Below are positions 25,414-32,446 of a stretch of DNA of 33,168 nt, piece by piece. Origin of the DNA: Burkholderiales bacterium (GTDB lineage Bacteria > Pseudomonadota > Gammaproteobacteria > Burkholderiales > JAEUOS01). The notes beneath the pieces were generated by a model. That model saw only the letters and a program-made list of their open reading frames with translations. It did not search any database and was not told the origin of the DNA. The translations under genes were made by a program, and so were the position numbers. Numbering within the stretch: the first letter of the stretch is position 1; the number at the start of each line of letters is the position of its first letter. The stretch spans positions 1 to 33,168 of the forward strand of contig JAYVST010000367.1 of assembly GCA_043775255.1 (NCBI GenBank), read 5' to 3'.

Positions 25414-26705
25414 CACCGGACTACCCGCCGCTGGACATTCTCCTCCTGTCGATCGATGCGCCGCATCGCAACGCGCAGACCATACTCGACCACCGGCGCG
25501 CGTTCCGGCACTTCTCCGCGCACCGGGTGCGCGAACTCTCCGACATCAGCACGACCCTGACGCGCATCGCACCAGGATTCGAACTGGATGCGTTCGATGT
25601 CCTGGTCATTCACTACTCGAACTTCTTGCCTGCGAATTCCCCGAGCGTCGCATCGACGATGGAACGGATCCGCAGTTTCCGTGGCTTGAAAGTGCTGTTC
25701 GTCCAGGATGAATACCGCGAGGTCCTCGCGCTGCACGAACGCATCCGCGATCTCGGCATCGACGTGCTGTTCACTTGCGTGCCCGAGGGGGAGATCACAA
25801 AGGTATATCCGCCCGCGACGCTGCCCTCGGTGCGCGTGGTCAACACACTGACCGGCTATGTCCCCGCACATTTGCTGTCCCGCTCCGCCCCGCGCGCGGA
25901 CGCACGACCGGTCGACGTCGGCTATCGCGCGCGCGCAGTGCCGTTCTGGCTCGGCTCGCTGGCTGCGGAGAAATGGCAGATCGCCGAACGGTTCGCAGCT
26001 GCCGCGCGCGGCGCCGGACTGCGCCTGGACATTTCGTGCGACGAGGCCGATCGCCTGTACGGCCGTCGCTGGGACCAATTCCTGACACGATGCAGAACCG
26101 TGCTGGGAGTCGAAAGCGGCGCGAGTGTTTTCGATTTCAGCGGGGACATCCGCCGCAATGTGGAGGCTTACGTTGGCACCCATCCGCAGGCCGATTTCGA
26201 AACCGTGCGGAACAAGTTCCTGTTGCCCTACGAGGGAAAGATCGAACTCAACCAGATATCCCCGCGCTGCTTCGAAGCGGCGGCATTGCGCACCGGACAG
26301 GTACTTTACGAGGGCCGCTATTCGGGAATCCTCCTGCCGTGGCGCCACTACGTTCCGTTGCGCAAGGATTTCGCAAACTTCCCGGAAGTCGCCGACGCCG
26401 TCAGGGACACCCGGAGCCTGCAGTCGATGATCGACTGCGCCTATGAAGAAGTCGCGTGCAACCCGAGCTTTTCATACCGGCAATTCGTCGGGCAATTCGA
26501 CCGTGTGGTGTCGGACGAAGTCGCGCACCGCTCCACTCGCCATGCATCCGGAACAGCCGGATCTGCGAGAATTGCCCGCTATCGCATGCGCTCCGGCGCC
26601 AAACTCGCCGCCTACCGGACCTGGAACCTGCTTCCGGTCCCAATTCGCCGCGTGGTGAGGGATATGCTCACCAGCGCAGGCCTGAAGAAACCAAGGGATA
26701 ACTAG
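25410..26705 (+). CDS. CgeB-like (Glyco_trans_1_2-type C-terminal domain) protein of unknown function, paralog B
   Basis: The GTG at 25410 overlaps the upstream stop (GTGA). 431 aa. Blocks: LDILLLS, FDVLVIHY, FVQDEY, LTGYVP, VDVGYRAR, LDISCDEADRLYG, GVESGASVFDFSGD, ISPRCFEAAALRTGQVLYEG...RHYVPLRKDF. Confidence 0.65.
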   Translation: MTPDYPPLDILLLSIDAPHRNAQTILDHRRAFRHFSAHRVRELSDISTTLTRIAPGFELDAFDVLVIHYSNFLPANSPSVASTMERIRSFRGLKVLFVQDEYREVLALHERIRDLGIDVLFTCVPEGEITKVYPPATLPSVRVVNTLTGYVPAHLLSRSAPRADARPVDVGYRARAVPFWLGSLAAEKWQIAERFAAAARGAGLRLDISCDEADRLYGRRWDQFLTRCRTVLGVESGASVFDFSGDIRRNVEAYVGTHPQADFETVRNKFLLPYEGKIELNQISPRCFEAAALRTGQVLYEGRYSGILLPWRHYVPLRKDFANFPEVADAVRDTRSLQSMIDCAYEEVACNPSFSYRQFVGQFDRVVSDEVAHRSTRHASGTAGSARIARYRMRSGAKLAAYRTWNLLPVPIRRVVRDMLTSAGLKKPRDN

Positions 26706-28607
26706 ATGTGCGGAATCGCTGGTGGACTCATTGACCCCGAAGGCTGGGATCCGAAGCGGGACCTGCTTTTCAAGCAAATGAACGACCTGTTGCGCCACCG
26801 TGGACCGGACGGGGAGGGCACATGGAGTTCAGCTGATCAGGCGGTGCGACTTTCGCACGTGCGTTTGTCGATCATCGATCTTTCCGAAGATGCCCGCCAG
26901 CCGATGACGAGCGATTCCGGATGCGTGATCACCTACAACGGCGAAATCTACAACTACCTGGAGCTGCGTAACGAAATCGGGCCCGCGTATTTCCGCACCC
27001 GATCCGACACCGAGGTCATCCTGCGCGCCTACGAAAAGTGGGGCGAGGCATGCGTTGACAGACTGCGCGGCATGTTCGCGTTCGCGATCTGGGATCCCGC
27101 CAAGCAGCGCCTGTTCATCGCCCGCGACCGTTTCGGAATCAAGCCCTTCTACTATGCGATGGTCGACGGCTGCTTTCTGTTCGCCTCCGAAGCGAAGGCG
27201 CTCGTGCCTTTCTTGCGCGAGGTGGAGACCGATCTCGACGGCCTGCACGACTATTTTTCATTCCAGTTTTGCCTCGGCGACAAGACCATGTTCAGGGGTG
27301 TGCGTCAATTGAAGGCGGCGCATTGCGGATGGGTAGAGCCGGGAGGCCGCCTGAGACTGCGCCAGTACTGGGAAGTCCAGTACGAACTCGACTGGGCGCA
27401 CGACGAGGCCTGGTTCGTCGAACGCGTGCGGGCCTGCCTGAATGAATCAATCAGCTTGCACCTGCGAAGCGACGTCGAGATCGGCGCCTACATCAGCGGG
27501 GGGATCGATTCGAGCTTGGTGGCTGCGTTGGCGCGCGAAATCAAGCCGCAGGCGCGCTTTCTGGGCTTCAACGGAAAATTCGGCTTCAGCGAAGCCTTCG
27601 ACGAGTCCCGCTATGCGCGCGCACTGGCCGAGGAGCGCGACATCTCGTTGCATGAAGTCGACATCGGGGAACAGGATTTCGTCGACGCGATGCCCAAGGT
27701 CATCTACCACCTCGATCAGCCGGTGGCCGGGCCGGGTTCGTTTCCCCAGTACATGGTATCCAAACGGGTACGCGAACATATCAAGGTGGTGCTCGGCGGC
27801 CAGGGTGGCGACGAAATTTTCGGCGGCTATGCGCGTTACCTGATCGCCTATTGGGAGCAGTGCATCAAGGGCGCCCTCGACGGCACCATGAACAGCGGCA
27901 ATTTCGTGGTGACCTACGAATCGATCATTCCCAACTTGCAGACGCTGCGCAACTACAAGCCGCTGATCCAGGAATTTTGGGCCGAGGGCATCTTCGACGA
28001 GCGCGACCGTCGTTACTTCCGGCTGATCAACCGTTCCAACACCTTTGGCAACATCGTCGACTGGAGCCTGTTTCCCGAGCCGTCGTCGTTCGAGGAATTC
28101 CGCGAAATCTACTGGGGCAAGAACGTCGGGCGAGAGTCGTATTTCGACTCGATGACCCATTTCGATTTCAAGACGCTATTGCCGGCGTTGCTCCACGTGG
28201 AAGACCGCATGAGCATGGCACACGGCGTGGAATCTCGGGTCCCCTTACTGGATCATCTCCTGGTCGAACTCGCGGCGACCATTCCCGCCAACATCAAATT
28301 CCAGAACGGCGAATTGAAGCGCCTGTTGCGCATCGCTTTTGAAAACAAGCTGCCGCGCACGATCCTCTCCCGCAAGGACAAGATGGGGTTTCCCGTGCCG
28401 CTGCAGGTCTGGATGAAGAAAGGCGGCAGAGTGCGCGAATTCATCCTCGACACCTTCCGTTCCCGCAAGGCGCAAAGTCGCGCCTACCTGGCGCCTGGAT
28501 TCGATATCGAGGCACTAATGCAGCGCGAAGGTATGTTCAGCCGCAATCTGTGGGCATTCCTCAGTCTGGAGTTGTGGCAACAGCAGTTTCACGACCGGGC
28601 CATCTGA
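26706..28607 (+). CDS. Asparagine synthase-like glutamine amidotransferase (AsnB family), copy 3
   Basis: Starts MCGIAGG directly after the upstream TAG. Motifs: HRGPDGEG, HVRLSIIDLS, YNGEIYNY, SDTEV, PP-loop YISGGIDSS, MSMAHGVESRVPLLD. By eye it is closest to copy 1. Confidence 0.85.
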   Translation: MCGIAGGLIDPEGWDPKRDLLFKQMNDLLRHRGPDGEGTWSSADQAVRLSHVRLSIIDLSEDARQPMTSDSGCVITYNGEIYNYLELRNEIGPAYFRTRSDTEVILRAYEKWGEACVDRLRGMFAFAIWDPAKQRLFIARDRFGIKPFYYAMVDGCFLFASEAKALVPFLREVETDLDGLHDYFSFQFCLGDKTMFRGVRQLKAAHCGWVEPGGRLRLRQYWEVQYELDWAHDEAWFVERVRACLNESISLHLRSDVEIGAYISGGIDSSLVAALAREIKPQARFLGFNGKFGFSEAFDESRYARALAEERDISLHEVDIGEQDFVDAMPKVIYHLDQPVAGPGSFPQYMVSKRVREHIKVVLGGQGGDEIFGGYARYLIAYWEQCIKGALDGTMNSGNFVVTYESIIPNLQTLRNYKPLIQEFWAEGIFDERDRRYFRLINRSNTFGNIVDWSLFPEPSSFEEFREIYWGKNVGRESYFDSMTHFDFKTLLPALLHVEDRMSMAHGVESRVPLLDHLLVELAATIPANIKFQNGELKRLLRIAFENKLPRTILSRKDKMGFPVPLQVWMKKGGRVREFILDTFRSRKAQSRAYLAPGFDIEALMQREGMFSRNLWAFLSLELWQQQFHDRAI

Positions 28608-28637
28608 TAAAATTCTCGGTTTATCCGGGAAGCCCAA

Positions 28638-29576
28638 ATGAAAGTCTTCATCAGTGGCGCCTGCGGCCAGATCGGTTCGCACATCGCCGAACTTCTGCTC
28701 GCGCGCGGCGATCAGGTTCTTGGAATCGACAACTTCGCCACCGGCCGCCCGGAGCACCTTCCGCCGCAAAAGGGACTCACCTTCGTTGAAGGCAGCATCG
28801 CCGACCGCGCACTGATCGACCGTCTGATCGGTGAGTTCGCACCCGACGCGATCGTACACACGGCCGCCTCCTACAAAGACCCTGAGGACTGGTACAACGA
28901 CATCCTGACCAATTGCGTTGGCGGCGCCAATCTGGTCAATGCGGCCAAAGTAAACAAGACCCGCCGCTTCATCTACTTCCAGACCGCGCTTTGCTACGGC
29001 GTGAAACCCTTGCAGCAACCGATTCGTCTCGACCATCCGAAGTTTCCGGCCAACAGCAGCTACGCCATCTCCAAGACCGCGGCCGAAGACTACATCGAGA
29101 TATCCGGCGTCGACTACGTCACCTTCCGGCTCGCCAATGTGGTCGGGCCGCGCAACGTAAGCGGCCCGTTGCCGATCTTTTTCCAGCGCTTGTCCGAGGG
29201 CAAGCGGTGCTTCGTGACCAAGGCGCGCCGAGATTTCGTCTTCGTCAAGGATCTGGCAAGCGCCGTCATCAAGGCACTCGACGGTACTGGTCGCGGTGCC
29301 TATCACTTTTCGTCCGGCACCGACATCGCCATACGCGAACTCTATGACGCGGTGGTCGCCGCAATGCAACTGTCCAGCTACCCGGAACCCGAGGTGCGTG
29401 ACCTCGGCCCCGACGACGCGCCCTCGATCCTGCTCGACCCGTCGCGTACCTTTCAGGATTTCGGCAACATCGAGTTCTCGCCGCTCGCCACCACGGTTGG
29501 CGCGGCCATCGAGTACTACCGCAAATTCGGCGTCCAGGGCGGCTATACCCATCTCAAAATCGAGGAAAACAAGTAG
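28638..29576 (+). CDS. Extended-SDR nucleotide-sugar epimerase/reductase, WbmG/WbmH-like, copy 1
   Basis: 312 aa. Motifs: ISGACGQIGS (GxxGxxG), DNFATG, AASYKDPEDW, FQTALCYG, SYAISKTAAE (YxxxK), RLANVVGPR. Confidence 0.75.
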   Translation: MKVFISGACGQIGSHIAELLLARGDQVLGIDNFATGRPEHLPPQKGLTFVEGSIADRALIDRLIGEFAPDAIVHTAASYKDPEDWYNDILTNCVGGANLVNAAKVNKTRRFIYFQTALCYGVKPLQQPIRLDHPKFPANSSYAISKTAAEDYIEISGVDYVTFRLANVVGPRNVSGPLPIFFQRLSEGKRCFVTKARRDFVFVKDLASAVIKALDGTGRGAYHFSSGTDIAIRELYDAVVAAMQLSSYPEPEVRDLGPDDAPSILLDPSRTFQDFGNIEFSPLATTVGAAIEYYRKFGVQGGYTHLKIEENK

Positions 29577-29578
29577 CC

Positions 29579-30511
29579 GTGAAGATCCTCATCACCGGCG
29601 GGGCCGGCTGCCTCGGATCGAATCTGGTTGAACACTGGCTGCCCATGGGCCACCAGTTGCTGGTGCTCGACAATTTCGCCACCGGCAAGCGCGAAGTTGT
29701 GCCGCCAATGCCCGGACTCGAGGTGGTCGAAGGGACGATTGTCGACCCGACTCTGGTGGAAGCGACCTTTCGCCGATTCGGCCCCGAAATCGTCATCCAC
29801 AGTGCGGCTGCCTACAAGGATCCGTCGGACTGGCGCGAAGACGCGGCAACCAACGTCACGGGCTCCATCAATGTCGCACGCGCCGCCGAAGCCGTCGGCG
29901 TGAAGCGCATCGTCAATTTCCAGACTGCGTTGTGCTACGGCAGGCCGCGCCAGGTCCCGATCCCGGCAGACCATCCGACAGCGCCGTTCACCAGCTACGG
30001 CATCTCCAAGACCGCCGGCGAACAATTCCTGCGCATGTCGAGCGTACCGGCGATTTCGTTGCGTCTGGCCAACGTCACCGGGCCACGACTGGCCATCGGC
30101 CCTATACCTACCTTCTACAAGCGCCTCAAGGCCGGCCAGAAGTGCTTTTGCAGCGACACCGTCCGGGACTTCCTCGACATGTCGGACTTCGTTTCCTTGA
30201 TGGACATCATAGTCGCGACCGACGCCGCGCCCGGCATCTACAACGTGTCCACCGGCGAAGGCCACACCATCAAGGAAATCTTCGACGAAGTGTGCGCCTT
30301 CCTGGGGACCCGGCCTGCCGAACCCGTACCGGTCGTGCCGCCCGGCGCCGACGACGTGCCAGCGGTGGTGCTCGATTCCAGCACCACCGAACAAGCCCTG
30401 GGCTGGAAAGCAAAAGTCGGCTTTCGCGAGACGATCCGGCGCCAGCTCGAATGGTATGCGGCGCACGGTGTCAACGACGTCTTTTCGCACCTCGCGGCCC
30501 CGCGAACCTGA
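29579..30511 (+). CDS. Extended-SDR nucleotide-sugar epimerase/reductase, WbmG/WbmH-like, copy 2
   Basis: GTG start at 29579, 2 nt after the upstream stop. 310 aa. It is a paralog of the previous gene and shares its blocks: ITGGAGCLGS, DNFATG, AAAYKDPSDW, FQTALCYG, SYGISKTAGE, RLANVTGPR. Confidence 0.75.
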   Translation: MKILITGGAGCLGSNLVEHWLPMGHQLLVLDNFATGKREVVPPMPGLEVVEGTIVDPTLVEATFRRFGPEIVIHSAAAYKDPSDWREDAATNVTGSINVARAAEAVGVKRIVNFQTALCYGRPRQVPIPADHPTAPFTSYGISKTAGEQFLRMSSVPAISLRLANVTGPRLAIGPIPTFYKRLKAGQKCFCSDTVRDFLDMSDFVSLMDIIVATDAAPGIYNVSTGEGHTIKEIFDEVCAFLGTRPAEPVPVVPPGADDVPAVVLDSSTTEQALGWKAKVGFRETIRRQLEWYAAHGVNDVFSHLAAPRT

Positions 30512-30512
30512 A

Positions 30513-30588
30513 AGATGCTTCATGAGTACTGACCTCTCCTTCGCGGGCGCAGATGCTTCATGAGTACTGCCCCCTCCTTCGCGGGCGC
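30513..30588. repeat. Two-copy 38-bp tandem direct repeat (36/38 identical) spanning the start codon of the WbmF-like SDR gene
   Basis: Copy 1 at 30513-30550: agatgcttcatgagtactgAccTctccttcgcgggcgc. Copy 2 at 30551-30588: agatgcttcatgagtactgCccCctccttcgcgggcgc. Read directly from the sequence. The mismatches are at repeat positions 20 and 23. Confidence 0.95.
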
Positions 30589-31636
30589 CCGCGTCCTGGT
30601 CACCGGTGGCGCCGGATTTGTCGGCAGCAACCTGGTACGCCTGCTCCTGGGCAGCGAAGCAGGCCACGTGCACATCGTCGACAACCTTCTTTCTGCCGAG
30701 CGCGTCAACGTACCGGACGATGCGCGTATCCGCTTTTCCGCAACTTCGATCACCGACGACGCCCTCCTGGCGGGTCTGGCCGACGAGTACGACTACGCCT
30801 TCCATCTCGCCACCTACCATGGCAACCAGAGTTCGATACACGATCCGCTGGCCGATCACGCGAACAACACGCTCACCACCCTCAAACTGTATGAACGCAT
30901 CAAGGGCTTCAAGCGCCTGAAGAAAGTGGTGTATTCGGCAGCGGGGTGCGCGCTGGCCGAAAAAACCTTCGGCGACGCCCATGCCACGGAGGAGTCCGAC
31001 ATCGTGTCGCTGCACAACAACGACAGTCCCTATTCGATGTCAAAGATCTTCGGCGAGTTTTATTCTGTCTATTACCACAAGCAGCATGCGCTGCCGACGG
31101 TGCGCGCACGCTTTCAGAATGTCTATGGCCCGGGCGAAATCCTCGGCGCCGGGCGCTGGCGTGGCACGCCGGCGACGGTATGGCGCAACGTTACCCCGAC
31201 CTTCATTTACAAGGCCCTGTGCGGCGAACCCTTGCCGCTGGAAAACGAAGGCATCGCCACGCGCGATTTCATCTTCGCCGAAGACGTCGCCAGAGGGCTG
31301 GCGGCTTGCGCCCTGCGCGGCCAACCCGGCGAGGCCTACAACGTCGCCAGCGGCGTCGAGACTTCGATCCGCGAGCTGGCCGAGCGCATCATCACCCTCA
31401 CCGCCAACACGGTCGGCGTGCAACTGCTGCCCAGACGCGCCTGGGACAACTCAGGCAAACGCTTCGGCAGTACCGTCAAGGCCGAACGTGAACTCGGATG
31501 GAAGGCGTCGATCCTGTTCGAAGACGGGCTGACGCGCACGGTCGCCTGGACGCGCGACAACCTGGGCCTGATCCGTACCACCATTGCGAAGCACGAGCCG
31601 CACTTGCGCGCGCTCGCCGCGCAGGGAAATCCGTGA
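30560..31636 (+). CDS. Extended-SDR nucleotide-sugar epimerase/dehydratase, WbmF-like (longer class)
   Basis: 358 aa. Motifs: VTGGAGFVGSNLV, HLATYHGNQSS, SPYSMSKIFGE (YxxxK), RFQNVYGPGE. The start ATG lies in the second copy of a 38-bp tandem duplication. Confidence 0.75.
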   Translation: MSTAPSFAGARVLVTGGAGFVGSNLVRLLLGSEAGHVHIVDNLLSAERVNVPDDARIRFSATSITDDALLAGLADEYDYAFHLATYHGNQSSIHDPLADHANNTLTTLKLYERIKGFKRLKKVVYSAAGCALAEKTFGDAHATEESDIVSLHNNDSPYSMSKIFGEFYSVYYHKQHALPTVRARFQNVYGPGEILGAGRWRGTPATVWRNVTPTFIYKALCGEPLPLENEGIATRDFIFAEDVARGLAACALRGQPGEAYNVASGVETSIRELAERIITLTANTVGVQLLPRRAWDNSGKRFGSTVKAERELGWKASILFEDGLTRTVAWTRDNLGLIRTTIAKHEPHLRALAAQGNP

Positions 31637-32439
31637 GTTCACCGGCGATCGATTCGGCCAACGCCGCTTTCTGGGACGAGCTTTGCGGATCTTCGTTCGC
31701 GCGCGCTCTCGGAATCACCGACCGGTCCGTGCCCTCGCTGCAACGCTTCGACAAAGCCTATCTCGACCGATATCCTTACCTGCTCAGGCACGTCCCGGTG
31801 CACACGATGCGCGGCCAGAACGTGCTCGAGATCGGCCTGGGATACGGCACTCTGAGCCAGCAGATTGCGGCCGCCGGCGCCCACTACAACGGCTTAGACA
31901 TCGCCGCCGGACCGGTGGACATGGTCAATCACCGGCTGCGCATGGCGGCGCTGTCCGGTAGCGCCGTCCAGGGCAGCATGCTTGATTGCCCGTTTCCAGA
32001 TGCGAGCATGGATTGCGTCGCCTCGATCGGTTGTTTTCACCATACCGGCGACCAGCAGCGCTGCATCGACGAGACATTCCGCGTTCTCAGGCCCGGCGGG
32101 CGCGCCTTCATCATGGTCTACAACCGCTTTTCCTACCGGCAGTGGCTGCGCTGGCCGAGGGCCACGCTGCGCGCCGTTCTCGGACGGTCGGATGCCGTCG
32201 TGGATTCGCGGCGCAGGGCATACGACACCAATGCGACCGGAGACGGTGCCCCGGAGACGGTATTCACCTCGCTGACGGAATTGCGCGGCATGCTGGCAAG
32301 GTTTTCGCGGGTTTCGATCGTTCGCGAAAATTGCGACCACATCACCTTGCGCGGCCGGACACTGTTGCCACGCAACCTGTTGTTGGGCTCGCTCGGCCGT
32401 GCCGCAGGTCTCGACCTGTACGCCAGCGCGACGAAGTGA
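31633..32439 (+). CDS. Class I SAM-dependent methyltransferase
   Basis: The GTG at 31633 (codon 46 of ORF 31498..32439) overlaps the upstream stop as GTGA. Motif I is VLEIGLGYGTLS, followed by MDCVASIGCFHH and LRPGGRAFIMVYN. The start is inferred from the coupling pattern. Confidence 0.65.
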   Translation: MSSPAIDSANAAFWDELCGSSFARALGITDRSVPSLQRFDKAYLDRYPYLLRHVPVHTMRGQNVLEIGLGYGTLSQQIAAAGAHYNGLDIAAGPVDMVNHRLRMAALSGSAVQGSMLDCPFPDASMDCVASIGCFHHTGDQQRCIDETFRVLRPGGRAFIMVYNRFSYRQWLRWPRATLRAVLGRSDAVVDSRRRAYDTNATGDGAPETVFTSLTELRGMLARFSRVSIVRENCDHITLRGRTLLPRNLLLGSLGRAAGLDLYASATK

Positions 32440-32446
32440 CGCCCCG

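Noticed and set aside
24978-31015. Minus-strand ORFs 24978..26348 (456 aa), 28515..29552 (345 aa) and 29543..31015 (490 aa).
   Set aside because: They are antisense to well-supported plus-strand genes (GT, CgeB-like B, three SDRs). They are high-GC frame artefacts.
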